Positions 12,050-25,900 of a stretch of 47,905 nucleotides of DNA are shown piece by piece (position 1 is the stretch's first letter; every line of letters begins with the position of its first letter). Location of the stretch: positions 1-47,905 of the forward strand of contig JAHBMJ010000472.1 in the NCBI GenBank assembly GCA_018398765.1, given 5' to 3'. This DNA is from Chromera velia. Taxonomy: Eukaryota. Below the pieces are notes generated by a model, which ran no database searches, was not told where the DNA came from, and saw only the letters and a program-made list of their open reading frames with translations. The position numbers and the translations under genes were made by a program.

Positions 12050-14793
12050 AGGGAGACCGGGCACGTTCGCTTTGTTTGAATTGCCTGCCTGTCGACCCTC
12101 TCTCTTCTGATTCCTTTCTTTTTTTCTACGAAGGATGGATGTGATGGATCCAATATTGAGGCATCTGCAGACGTACCTTTAATTGTCAGTGCACTCTCTC
12201 ATTCCTTTGTGCACAATGCCAACGTGCGGGTGCGAGGGGGTGAGCGAGTAAGTGAGTGAGTGAGCACTGCTCCAGTAATGTCGACATAAGAATTGATTGA
12301 TTGATTGGTTTGTGTTTCGAGTGTCCACTCACTTGCTCGAATCGAAAAGGTCTCGCTCACTTCGGCATGCAGATTCTTGTGACGAGCCTTGCAAGCATGG
12401 TTAATTTGACTGACAGGTTCCCTATTTGTTTGAATTCACTAAGTTTTCTTCCAAATTTTCCCTTTGGGTGGAATGTTTTGTTGGGTGCATCTTTCTGCCT
12501 TTATAGGCATCATTGTTGTCTTCTTCTTTTCTCAAGCAGTTCCGACTGTTCGGATCGGGTACTGGGTGGTTGAGCAATCCAGCCCGTCACAGGATGACTT
12601 GCAGTCGGACGCTTTGTTTGCATCCTGACAAGTTGACTTTTTCTTCGTTTTCGTTTATGTGTCTCTGTCATGTGCGCGTGTCGCCGGATCGAGCCGCTAG
12701 CTGCTGCCTCAAATTGTTCATTTGTCCCTTTTGTTGGATTGACCGGTCGACTACTGATGGCTAAGAGGAACTTTCAGGCGAAAGGACGATTTGTTTACTC
12801 TGTCTGCCTGTCTCCATGCGCGGAAGCCCCCCTTCCCCCCTTCCCGTTGGTCTCCTTCTTTGGCTGTCCGATGAATCGTCGGACTCCTTCTTTTACATGG
12901 ATGTATAGCGCGGGAGGCGACTGTCTTCCTCCTGCTTTGTTAATCTGCAATGCAGATCGACGTTTTCGTTTTTTTCGTTCTTTTTTGTTCTTTTTCGAGT
13001 TATCTTTTCAAGAGTCAAACGCGGAAACAAGGAGCTCAGCAAAGAAAGAAAACTTGACTCGCGTAGCATGGGTCGTGCGTAATCCCGTCTTTTTTCTCAG
13101 GAAAGCAACGTAGAAAAGGTTAGCCAGCTTCCTACCCACCCGCGATCTGCTTTGACTCGCGGACAGAGATGCACACGCTGGGGCAAATGCCTGCTCGTGT
13201 ACCGGAAGAAGGATTGGAACACCTGCAGAAGCTATCAAAAGCAGAAAAAGGACAAAGACAAAAGTGGCGCATTCGCAGACAGGGAAGGAACCCTCACACA
13301 CCCACTTGCTCGCTGGCTGGTGCCGAGCGATGCCTGAGTGGAGGAAAGAAAGTCGGTGTACAGTCAGGCAAAGTTGAAGGTTAAAGGAAAGGTTAATTTT
13401 CTTGTATTAGGTTTCCTTATTTGTGCTTCTGTGTAACTTCAGAGATTTAATTTGCCACAGAACTAAATGGTCTTCTTCCGTTTGTTCATTTTTCTCTTCC
13501 CTCACAAAGTCTTTTGCATTGATTTGTATGTCTTCACTGAATTCCTGTCGTGATGTTTGTACAGGAAGGAATCAGAGACGCACCCAGTTGCGGTGGTTTG
13601 CGTTTTGGTGAGAAAGAATGTGGAAACGCTAAATTCTTTTCTAAATAATTACAATCAGAATGAGAATTGAGGTCGTGAACCCCGGATTTTTTTTTTTCAG
13701 AAGAGAGTGGGGAAGGCAACGGGGTGAGGTGGCAGATGCTGCTTGATAGATAGAGAAGGTAGGGGGCCTGAAACTCAAGAGGGCCTGGCTATCCATCCTC
13801 CTGTCCATTTTTTCCTTCCTTTTCTTGAGGTCCTGCTGATTCGTCAATGCGGCCCTGTAGTTGAGGTCAAGCAGCCCTGTCCGTCCTCCATCCTCCTTTT
13901 TTTCCCCCTTCGTTTTTTGTCCTTCCCTTCCTTCAGTCAGTCAGTCAGTCTTCTTTCAGCTGAGTGAGTGAGGGGGGAGAGTACAGCACACACGAAGAAG
14001 CGTGCAAACGGCAGGCGGGTACTTACCCAAGTACATTTGCTGTAACAAACTAAGGTTCAGAATTCCTGCCCCCCACATTTCCCTGTTCAGTGACTCAGAT
14101 AGAAACAGAGGAGACGGGAGAAAAGAGGACTTTCTTTGAGTCCTTTGTCTGCCCCTTCCCTTCCTTCTTTCTGCTCCCCTGCTTCTCTCTCCTCGTGTCC
14201 TTCCTCCCTCCCGTTTCGTCTTGGAAGGCTTCTGTGCTGCTTGTTAAGTGATGGAGGTCCCTGTCTCCTCTCTGTCCCTTTTCGTCTGACTCGTTTATCC
14301 GTCGATCCCTCCATCTCTCTCTCTTTGGGCGAAGTGTGCGTGTGTGCGTGCTGAGGAAGTCATTCATCTGTCTGTCTGTCTGTCTGGCTGTCTTCTCTCC
14401 GCTTCTCTCTCGCCAGGAGCAGGCGGGGAGCATGCCCGTCTGATGCCTTGACAGGTCGAAAGGGAAGGGATGGGTGGGTTTCGTGTCTTTTTCATTCATG
14501 CCATGTGAATCTTTACCGGCATTCCAAGCTTCATTGATGCGTCCAGAAGAATTGTTACTTCTTTCGTCTGCTGGCTGAAGGGGAATGTCTTCGCGGGCTT
14601 TTCTTTCAGGCTGTTTCTCCCTGCCTGCAGAAAGGGCAGGAGAGAGAAGGAGTTTCTATCTATCCAGAAGTGGAGGGAGGGAATATAGGGGACCGCTTTA
14701 TGAGCAAATTGCTGACCAAATTCGATCTCTCTCTCTGTGTATGTGTACGTGTACGTGTACGTGTACGTGTACGTGTGTGTGTGTGTGTGTGTC

Positions 14794-14826
<33 letters not shown>

Positions 14827-17031
14827 ACAGACAGGTTTCAAGGGAGGTACGGAGAGGGAAGAGGGGACTGAGAAAGGAGAAAAAAAAGAGACGCGTCCTA
14901 GTGGCATTCGCAAAGGAATTGAACGGGGAGAACGGGAAGAAAGAACAAGGGGGGGGCTGCGTCTCTGTCGATCGATCTGCCCGCTCTTTCTTTACCTTTT
15001 TTTCTTTCCTTCCTTCCAGCTGTCCTGTAAAACATTCAGCTCCTCGGGAAGTGTACCACCACCCTCTGGTTGCAATGACCATTTGTGACTAGTCAGCTTG
15101 GTCCACTTTTGTTTTTCGGTGCTGTGCTGTGCGCACTCTCTGCATAGAGAAACACAGACAGAAGAGGGAGAGAGAGCCCGGCCTCGTCAACGGAGCCGGT
15201 GTCTTTGTCGTGCACAGCCATGTGACGCTGGAGGATCTCAAAGAAAGAGAGGGAGAAGGGGGAAAGGGTACAAGGGACTGGATTGTTGGAGAGAGTACGA
15301 AGGGGTGCGATGATGCGATGGGATGGTAAATCGAATTACGTGACCTGCAGTGGGTGTGGGTGGGGCTTCGAAGCAGAGACATGCATAGCATGGCATCAAT
15401 CCAGACGATTGATGTCTCAATTTTCGTTTGCGTTTGTAGGAAAGGACTCTTGACTAAATGGCCAACTGGAATGAATGTCATTCTCGGCTTCTTGCGGGCG
15501 TCCGGCGTTTATTCGCTGGAATGCTTGGACTGCCATGCAAGGTGATTTGTTCTTTTCTTCTTTGTCGCGGCCCAAATTCGAGACCGGCTGATGAGCTGGA
15601 AGCCAGACAGAACACACACGTATTCCACCACACACACACACACACAGAGAGAGAGAGGGAGAGAGAGAGGCAGAGAGACGGAAGGAAACAAAGAATTAAG
15701 AAGACGACATGCAGGTGCCTGTCGACCAGGAGGGGGCCTGCACTGTATGCATGTAGATTCATGCATGCGGGCTTCCTCTGTTCGCCAAACTTAATTGCCT
15801 TTGATTCTCTGTTGTGACTAGTAATCGACACGGAAAAAAAGAGCGCTTCTAAGCGCGCGTGAGTGAGTCGAAAAGGAAGCAAAGGGGGGGAAAGGGAAGG
15901 GACGGGAAGGTGGCTTGAGAGCGTCCGAAATTAAGACAGACGTACGGATGGGTAAGTGTCTGCATCCCTCGTGAAGCATGTGTGGGACGGACATGCATCC
16001 GTTTCATTGCAATTGATTGCCTCCTTGCATTAAGAATGTTGTAATGCAGGTCCCACACATAAGGCTGGGCCTCCAACTGAAGTTTCGACAAAACATAACG
16101 GAATGAACAATCAATGAATGAATTGATGAATGAATTGATAAGTAAAGGAATGGGTGGGCCAAGGAATGACGAATTCAACTTTATGGGTCTCTCTGAGCTC
16201 GGACCGCGGCTGCCGATTCAGTGACCGTCTTGATTCCGAGATCATAAAAATTCTTCTCTCCTTCTTCTGTCTGTCCCTTGATTGTCTTCGATGGTAATAT
16301 ATCTTTCCCGACATGCATGTTCCATGTCGGATCGATTGTCGATCGAAGTGCCGCGAAAAGGCACGCGTTGAACTCAGTGAACTGCAGCTTAGACTGCGGC
16401 GAATCACCTTTAATACATATGATAATGCATAGCCTTGGGGATGGCTAGGGGGATGGCCATCTAATTAAATGACCGTGGCACACCCGCCATAGAGCGAGGC
16501 TCAGCAAGCTAGGGCGAGCCTGCATTGATCCGAATTCGATCGATCCCGTAGTAATCAGCATACATCGTGCGTCTGTGTCTAGGTTTGTGTATGTGTATAT
16601 AACTAGGTATATAAAATAGGATAGGATATAAAGAATGAAGCTGCTATTTATATATTAATTACTATTAGTAGGTGGATTATACCGTAAATTACTAGTATAC
16701 AGTGCAAAGTCTGTAGCAGAGCTAGGGAGCAGAGAGTAGCGGGGTAAATTTATTGTGTCAATCAGTTTTTACAAACTGTTTACTAAGTTTTTAGATAGTA
16801 TATTTTTTATTTAGTAGTACTTAAAACCTCGTTTAAAACATTATTGGGCTATACTGATTGATCGATATATACCTCAAGACAAACCTAGGGCTCAGGGCCA
16901 GGCTAGGGACAACCTCTATAAGACAAAACGGCAACAGTGCTTTAGGGCACCACTAAATTACTTATCACTAATCACTTAATACAAATTCAAATAACTATAA
17001 TAATATTATAACTTAAATAGTATAGCTTTCA

Positions 17032-17284
17032 AACCTTCCTGAACCTAAGTGCCACTTGAAAACAAATAAAATAAAATCAAGATAATCTCCATCTGCAGTA
17101 TCGTTTTTTAAGAGACCGTCCATCCTTGCGGCGTAGAAGGTCAAGACACCGTCCAGATATGCGGCTTTGGCTTTCAAGACACCGTAAATTATACGGTAAA
17201 TGATCCGCGCCTGCGGCACGGACTTTCAAGCTTATCCCAAAATACGGCTTAAACTTTCAAGTGGTAGTTAGGTTCAGGGAGGTC
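17032..17284. mobile_element. MITE-like non-autonomous DNA transposon, 253 bp
   Basis: Left end 17032-17061 (AACCTTCCTGAACCTAAGTGCCACTTGAAA) matches the reverse complement of 17255-17284 (GACCTCCCTGAACCTAACTACCACTTGAAA) at 26/30. The element is flanked by the direct repeat AGCTTTCA at 17024-17031 and 17285-17292. TCAAGACACCGT occurs twice internally. Confidence 0.8.
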
Positions 17285-17608
17285 AGCTTTCAAATCTAGT
17301 TTCAAAATCAAGATATCTCTGAATTTAATCAATCATCTAATAATTGATTCTAATTAAGATTGACCTTAAAAACGATTTTAAGTCTTAAACTTCATTATGT
17401 AGATGAATCATCATGCATTTTACTAGGCATTTTATAATAAATCAAGACTAGAATTCAAGATAAAAATTGAAATCAATATGTGCAGAAGCGTTTATCTAAA
17501 CATTGTATCGCTATGATGATGATGAGGTGACTTAACCCGCCAGCCATCGTGTCCCAATGGCAAAGGGCAGTCTGTGAGCATTCATGTCATATTGCAAAGC
17601 TATATGTG

Positions 17609-19936
17609 TCACTTTAGCTGTGAGCGCTGAAGGAGCAAATCGAGTGGAGCAAGTGTCGCATGAAGCTCACTGATCCATTCTGCGCTTTCCTTTGCCGTGA
17701 CAGAGGTGTTCCTCCATCCCTTGCTCCCCTCTGTTTGGGTTGCCCTCTCTGGTCCTCCAGAAGAAAGTTCCACACTCCCGACAGTGTCGCCTTGACGACG
17801 GCCCGAGGAAGCTCTCGGAAGTGACGTCCGCCGGTGAGAAGAAGGCTGTGCAGAGGAGCTTTTTGTTCCAGGTTCGTCTACCACAGGCCACTCGAACGTC
17901 TCTTTTTTGTCTCGAGACTCGAAGTCGGCCTTCTCGATTCTCTGGATGACTCCAAACTCAAAAGCCAAACAGAGACAGAGGTTGGCAACACAAAACAGAA
18001 GCAGACGCAGACGGAACCCGAACCCTCCAGGGAGATGGACCAGGTTGAGGAACTTCACCAAAAACCAATGGAGGAAGTGTGTCGCACCCCCATATACTTG
18101 CTCAGGATCGACCAGGATCGCAAATACGCTGATGCAAGTGTAGAACGCCAGAGCCGCGGTGAACAAGTAATTTGTGTACATCGCTGCATGAAGAAAGCGA
18201 AAGAAGAATGAAACAATGCTAGCAAAAACATTTTGCAGGGAAAATCACATGAAACAACGAGAGAGGCGCCCCTAAAAGAGAAAGGACATCGAACGCGCCT
18301 GAAAGAAAACCGTCTTCGATCCTCTCCTGACAAAACCCCGATATCTCGACAGTGCTGCCGCCCACGAAAATGATAAAGCGCTCGTTGGGGAGGAAGGTGA
18401 AGATAGCAGGAAAACGTGCAAATAGCTTCAGATAGCGACAGCTAGGGAATCGACCGAGCGAAAAACTCCTTGAGGAGTTGACGCAGGACAATTCCATGAA
18501 TGATTAGACGTAAGTTTAGTAGAAAATTGTGCACGCAACAGTATCGGGAGGGAGGAAGCCAATCGGAGTGCCTCCCTCAGAGCGAGAAGGAAAGCGAGGG
18601 CGCTGCAGGACTACAGGAGAGAAAGTGTGAGAGAAAGCACGGAATCAGCAAACAGAACGGAGGTGGAAAGTAGAAGAGGAAGGAGAGAAAGCAGGTTGAA
18701 GGACTAACGCTTTCGCCAAGGTCCCCCCGCGGAGAAAGCGAGGGCCACCCAAATGTACTGGAGAGTTGACACAAGGAACACCACCGTATTCTCCTGACAG
18801 TCGATGTGCTTCTCCGAAACATCTGCACGAATATTCATTGATCAATCAATCGATTCATTCATTCATTACGAGAGAAATGCGGAAAAGGATAGAGAGGAGA
18901 AGAGGAATGCGGGAAGATAAGCCAGAAGCGGTCACAGAGAGGAAGCCCGTCCGACCTCCCCTTTCTTCTGCATAGAGGGGGACGGATGTTTTCTGACGAA
19001 GAATGACAAGGATCGTTGGTCTCTCCGCGAACCTCTCTGTCAGTCTCTGACCCCCAACACATCATGTCTCATTCTCGATTCCAACGAGGGAAGCACGCAT
19101 AGAAAGAAAAAAAAGTAGACCGAGCGAGGGGAACGGCAGGATACCTGAAGCACTTGCTCCATGCCCATTGAAGCAAGGGATAAAGGAAAAGACAAGAAAG
19201 AAGACGAGAGACAAACAAAATAACCTTTCGGGTCAGGGTGAAAGGGTTTGTACCAAGGCTCGGACGCCAGGAGGGTGTACACGAGAGTGAGCCACCCGAC
19301 TGAAATGACGGTCTGCACAAGCACGAAAGAAAAAAAGAAAAGGAGGTGCGTCCCTATTAGATGAAACGAAGGAAGACAAACAGGTCAGCACAAGAATATG
19401 CGAGCATAAGGAACCGATCCAAACTGTTCTAATCAAGTGCACCTACCTACTGGCTTGTAGCCCTCCTTTCACAAGGGCTCCAGACCCGGACTCACTTGAG
19501 ACTGCTCAACTGTATGCAGACATCCGGTGTGAGAGACTTAGAGACAGCTGTACGTATTCAGCAGACCTCTTCTTTCGAGATGACCCTTGCCTGCTTTCTT
19601 TCTCTCTCTCTCTCTCTTCCTGTTTTCTTCGCCTCTTTCTGTCGTTCGTTCGTACTTTGGTTTCTTTTCTTTTTCTTCCTTCCTTCCTTCCTCCCTTCTT
19701 CGATGCCATTTCGGCTCAACCGACCGACCGACCGACCTGTCCGATGACTGAGAGGAGAATCACACGAGAGACCAGAGACGGCGTCGGAAGGTCCTTCGAC
19801 AGAGAAGCGCGCGCCCCCGTCTGGGACATCACGCACGCGAGGGGAAGGACCTCACAGAGGTCCACATACAGATACTGCACACACACATTCACATACACAC
19901 ACACATACACATACACATACACATACACGCACACGC

Positions 19937-19977
<41 letters not shown>

Positions 19978-22900
19978 CACACACGCACACACATACACAT
20001 ACACATACACACACACGCACACACACAAACGTACCGTCTGTGCGATAAAAAAGGAGGCACTGAAGCATGAGAAAAAAGGGAAAAAGACGGATAGACTGAA
20101 GGATGGAAAAATCGAAAAAGTTCCTGAGGCAATCAGCAGTAGTAGTAACCAAAGAGGAGGGGGGGAAAGTGGGTATTGCACGGACACAAATACAAACTCT
20201 GTCTTCCTCCTTCCTTTTTTCGTACGTAAAGGGAATCGAATGTACTTTTCTGGATGAACACACACACAGACACAGACAGAAACAGAGACAGAAACAGAGA
20301 CACAGAGACAGAAACAGACACACACACACACACACTTACACTTTTTACGTCCACCCCTCCACGTACTCACCTGATTGTCTGTCAGGTTCGACCCCACCCA
20401 ATACAGCATCATCACCGAGCTGAACTCGATCACCGAGTACAGGGCCATCCACTTGAAGGTCTGGAAAGAGTTGCTCAACGCACACCGACCTGTAGGCCCC
20501 CCAAATCACACGCAACGAAGAAAGGGACAAAATGACGGAGCGAGAGGAGGAAAAAGGAAAAGTCATGATCAGAATGAGTGACTGAGGTTCTCTCTGACAG
20601 AACGGATGGGCAGCTCGGGTGTTGTCTTGATCTGGCATTCCAACCTCTGCTTTTCTTCACCCCAACCAACCGACCGACCGACCGACGCACCTTCTCTGAG
20701 GACGTCAAAAACCGATTGGATCGTTTTGTCAGTCGACGAGAACGGGGCGGCAATCGAGGCCTCAGCCTCCGAGAGGGATACCCCGATGTCTGCCTGCTTC
20801 AGTGCTGCACAGTCGTTTGCGCCGTCTCCGCACATTGCGACGAGAGGCTGGAAGGGCAGCGACTGGAGTGCCGCCACGAGGTCGCTCTTGTCCTTCGGAA
20901 GCATCCTGTAGTCATTCATTCAACAAACACACCGACAGACAGAGAGAGAATGGAAGGAATGAAGTCAAACAGACTGGCCAAAGTAAACCAAAGATCATTT
21001 TTGGCAAAGCCTGCCGAAGGAAAAGCAACAGGTGGAAAGAAGGTCTACGAGATCACCAGAAAAGCTCAATGAACACGGGGGGTGCATCTCCCGCCAATCT
21101 CTGCACGTCCAAAGCCACTTGCAAGAACAACCCTTGCACACACAAAAAACAAGACCGTCCTTTTCGTCTCAGTCGACCAGAAAGAAAATGAGGAGGGCTT
21201 CTTTCTCTGTTTAGAGGAAAATTCCCAGATAACAATCAACCAGGAAATAACACGACATTTTCCTTCCCGCGAGAAAACATGGACACACAAACAAAAGAAA
21301 ACATACAGACCACGTTGCATGACCACATGGGGGTCTACGCACCTCGCAAAGACCGTCGTGTTTCTCAGAATGAATTCAAATATCGACATGTCAACGTTCT
21401 CCCACTGGACCTCCTCGTTCCCCTCTGCCGCCTCTGTCCCTTTACTGTCCTCCTCCTCCGGGAATCCTCCTCCATGATCATGATGATGGTGGTGATGGTC
21501 ATGGTGGTGGTGGTGGGGCCGGGATGTCCCTCCCCCACCCCCCGCCTCTAGATCTACCACCCCCCCACCGGGATCCTCAGCGACTGCTCTAGCCAGCCGG
21601 TCGTCCGCCTGTGTTTTCCTAGACCTTCCCTCGAATGCTACTCCCACTCCTACGCGGTGGCTCTGTCCTGCCTGCACTCGTCTGTGTGATGCAGAAGAAA
21701 GGGTGCCTTCTGCTGCAGAGCTGCTGGAGGCCTGCAACGCTGGAGCTGTGCCTGCACGCGGAGAGGGCGAGTGCCCCTCACGTCCGTTTTCCTCTGCTGC
21801 GGCTGTCAGCCTGGTCTCTGACAGCCCTCTTTTAGTTTGGCCTCTATGCGTTCGACTGTGGCCTTGGTGCGCAGTTGTGGTGCCCCCCCCCGCCCCCCCA
21901 CTAGATCTTCTTGTCCGACCCCCAACTGTGCTCCCCCTCCCGGACCGACGGGTCCCTGATCCCGTCATTGCCGCCACCTCATCTTCAGAAAGCACTGACC
22001 CCCCTACACCACCAAGGGAGAGAGCCTCAACACCAAACATGCTGGTGTCTCCTCCCATATCCATCCATCCCCCCGTCCCTGTCTCCAAGGAATCAGCAGA
22101 CGAATGCTGCCGCCGGTGGTGGTGGTGACGGTGGATTCGTTGGGGTTTTCGTCGCCGTCTCTCCACAACAAAACGCATGACTAAACCCTCCTCCATCCGA
22201 AGCTGTACTGCTCTGTGAGTCAGACGCCTGCCTGCTGCCCAGGCTGGCCATCGTCCCTTGGAGTGCGTATGATGCCCCCCCCCTTCTTTTGTTCCTTGCT
22301 GTTGCCCTTCTCTCCCCGACATGCCCCCCCCTTTCTGACGCCTCCCACCACCCTCCCGGCCACTGGACTCTGCACTTTGCTCAGCGGTGGCACGGCGGGA
22401 TGAGCGGGCTGCTTCCGTTCTCCGCTCCCCCTCCCCCCCATTCACCATCCCCGCCACGTGTGAAGGAGGAAGATGCTTTCCCTTCATCATGCCTACTTGT
22501 TGGATCGTCTCAGACGATGCAGAGGGCTCCGGTACTGAGGAGGACGAAGAAGCGGCGGGGGGCAGAGGAATGTCCTGAGGGTTTGTGAGGGGTGGAGTGG
22601 GAGGAGGATCGGGGGCAGCGCGACTGTTTGATGCAGCAGCAGGCAGCAGCGCTTCGCCATTCGATCCTCCATGCTCCTCCAGGCCCTTCTGCGCATTACC
22701 AGTCTTGGCCTGTCTGTCTTTTGCTGCAACAGTGTGATCTCTCCTTGCTGCCTGAATGGCAGAGGCAGCTGCATACGCGTGGAGCATCCGGGGGGCATTG
22801 CTCGGCAGGGGCCCGGGGACTGGCGGCATTTGTTGATGGCCCCCCAACTCGCGTCGGCCTTCGGGGGGCTGTCCTGTTGCGTGGGTACCCTGCACTTTCT

Positions 22901-25900
22901 TTCTTCGACCGCCTCTCTCCCTTGGATGCCTTGACGTCTCGTGCATGGAAGTGCCCGGATCCTCAAATCCAGAGGGGTAGTCCTTCAAGAGGGGCTCTCG
23001 GAGGGCCCCGTCGCCCCCCTCTTCCCCCCGTGCCACGGCGGCGGCGGCGGCAGAACCCGAACCCGAAGCATCATGCCCCCCGGACCCCCCAGTCCTCCAA
23101 GTGAAAGGACGCAGCTGCCCCCCCCCTCCCGTATCTCCTTGAGCTGTTGCCCCACGCTGGTCTCTCTCCCTTTGCGTCCCTGACGCCTCTGCCCCTGAGG
23201 GCCCCGGCACAGGCACAGGGAGGGCCCCCTCCTCCTCTCTTGCTGTCGCGTTCACTTGAGAGGGCTGCGGGGCATCTGGGTCTTTCACGGGAAGGGCGCC
23301 TGGTTTCTCGGGGTCGACCCACCTGAGATTGAATGCTTCGTGGAGCTGCCGAATCTTTTGAAAGGCAGTTCCCGTCAACACAAAAGTTACGGATCTGCAT
23401 GCAAACAGAGGCAGAGAGAGCAGTTTCAGCTAGGATTTCTGACGCGACAAAACGCAAAAAAAAAAGAAAAATTCGGGCTTGGAGTCTCATCACTCCACCT
23501 TCGCAGCAGCCAGAAAGCAGGAAGGAGGTAGGAGTGTGAGGCAAGTGAAGATCATTTGTTCCGAGGCACAATAAACGATCGGTGCCTTCAACCACAACAC
23601 ATTCTCCTTCATCTTCTTTTCCGCTAACATAAAATAAGGGAAGAAAAAGTTCAACATGGCGTGTTGGGAGAAAGGGGGCCAACACCCACGCGCAAGAAAG
23701 AAAGAAAGAAAAGCAACCTGCCAGAAACACGAAAGAAGCCAAATGAGTAAGCAGGCGAGAATACGAATACATCAAAAATCAGAAGAGATAAGGAATCAAA
23801 CACTCGACAAATCACACACACAACGACAACGACAGACTGACTGAGGGTCTTTCCCTCCTATGTGTTCCAGAAGATTCACCACTGTCACAGGAACACGAGA
23901 GTGATCCCCCCCACCCCCACCACCAGACGCCTCCGCCTGTTCTCCATCAGCCTGCTGGGCTTGCGCTTGTCCCTGAGGTCCTGCGGCAGCAACAATCGAC
24001 TTCCCCTTCCCTTCCTCCCCTCTTCCCCCGGCAGAGAACCCGTCAGCAGAGCCTGAGGAGAGACTCGGGTACAGCTGGTCCTCCTGCCCCTGCCCCTGCG
24101 GCTGCTGCTGTGGAGAACGTGCTGCCCCATCTGTTTCCCCATCAGCTGCCTGAGCTATTCGGAGGTTTTCCCTCTGTCCCCTCCCCTTTCCGGGACTCCG
24201 CCCCTCCCCAGCAGGCTCCTCCTCCTCCCCTCCAGAGCCCTCCTCGGGGTCGTCTTCCATCAGGGTCCACAGAAGATACTCTCGCTGGCTGAGCCTGCAG
24301 CCCTTCCTGCCGCTGGTGCTGCCAGAGAAAATGTCACCCAAGATGACTTTGTCGGAGGAGCTGCAGGAAGGCAAAAGGAAAATAGCCAGTTTAGGTACGG
24401 CACACACACATTCACATAGAGAAACAGAGAGGGGGGGAGAGAGAGATGAGATCCTCTGAGAGGATGCAAACAGTTGTAGGGAAATGAAAAGTACACAAAG
24501 TGCCAAAGGAAACGGAACAGATGAGAGACAAGAGATAAGAGACGTCACATCAAACCAGAGAATCTGTCAATGGACCTTCCTTCTCTCTCTTCTGCTGTTT
24601 CTGTCATTGAAAGAAAACTCACAAACACCCATGCATGCAGTCACTGATGAGACACCCCCCCTCCCCCCCAAAGCCAAAGGAAGGAAGAGCACCCATCATC
24701 TGCCATTTCCTTTCACTTCACTGACTAATGCATGCATTTATTTTCATACAGAATTGATGCATACAGATGCATACAATAAATGCATGCACATTTCTTTTCA
24801 CTTCAGTGACTGACTGATCAACGAGGCCGCACTCCCTCGCCACAGCCAACGCGGTCAGAGCGTTGTCCCCAGTCGCCATGAGACACCTGCACCCTGCAGA
24901 TCTCAGCCCCGTCATGACTCTCTTCGTGTCCTTCTTCAGATGGTTGGCAAAGATCAGAAGCCCCAGCATCGTCAGGTCCTTCTCTGCCTCGTATCTCGGG
25001 AGGCGCTGTGCAGACAAATGACTGACGGGACCCAGAGCACGAGCCCCAAACGCCAGAACTCTGCGGGAATAGAAAGAAGGCATCAGGGAAGGGATCACCG
25101 GAGAAGGGACACACCTCAGGACGAAAACAGCGGCATGGGCGCTCCTCTACAGAGAAGGAAGGACAAAGAGGACAAACACGGCCCTTGGTGTGGTGAAATC
25201 CCGAGTCAATGCATCATGGATCGATTGAGATAGAATTATATTGTCCAACCTAAAGAGTGAAGTGACACAATGTACATGAACAGACACAGAAAGGGTTTCC
25301 TTGTGCGACCTTCGTCCTTTCTCTTGAACGAAAGTGGCAGACCGACAGACAAACCTCATGCCTTTCCTTGTATACTTCCGAAGAACCCTGTTGAAATTCA
25401 AAGGCACCGTCTCAGGAAGGCAGAGCTCCAGCAACTTTTCCGGAGACCCCTTGCAGAACACCTGCATGCATGCATTCATGCAGACGTGCAGACCGACAGA
25501 CGTGCGAGTACACACTCAAAATTCATCCCAACGAAAGACGGCAGGCACATATTCCTGCACATACAAACCGAGGGGAAAGGAAGAGAAGGAACACCATGAC
25601 GACACAGGCAGGCAGCTCAGGAGCTGACACCGACGTCAAATGCACGAACAAGCGCGCCCACTTTCTCTCTCATTTGGGGCACATTTCCTTTTTCTTTTCG
25701 CGTATTTTTCTGTTCACAGAACAAAGACCAGATAATGCAGCGAAAGGAAGGGCCAGCGAACGAAGAACTGACCGTCACGTTCCTCGTCAGCGGTTCTCTG
25801 ACGAGAACAGAGTGTCTCTGCAGAAAGTTATTGAAGTCAAACACGCGAACAATTGCAAGTTCAAAGTCACGAGGAAAGGCCCCGGCGCCGGTAGACGACG

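Noticed and set aside
17013..17219. 68-aa ORF in the AT-rich island
   Set aside because: It lies within and across the end of the MITE, has no true ATG start and shows no transposase motif.
16432..17561. Possible degenerate inverted termini bracketing the whole AT-rich island (GCCTTGGGGATGGCTAGGGG versus CCCGCCAGCCATCGTGTCCCAATGGC)
   Set aside because: The match is short and gapped and no TSD is evident; it cannot be distinguished from chance.
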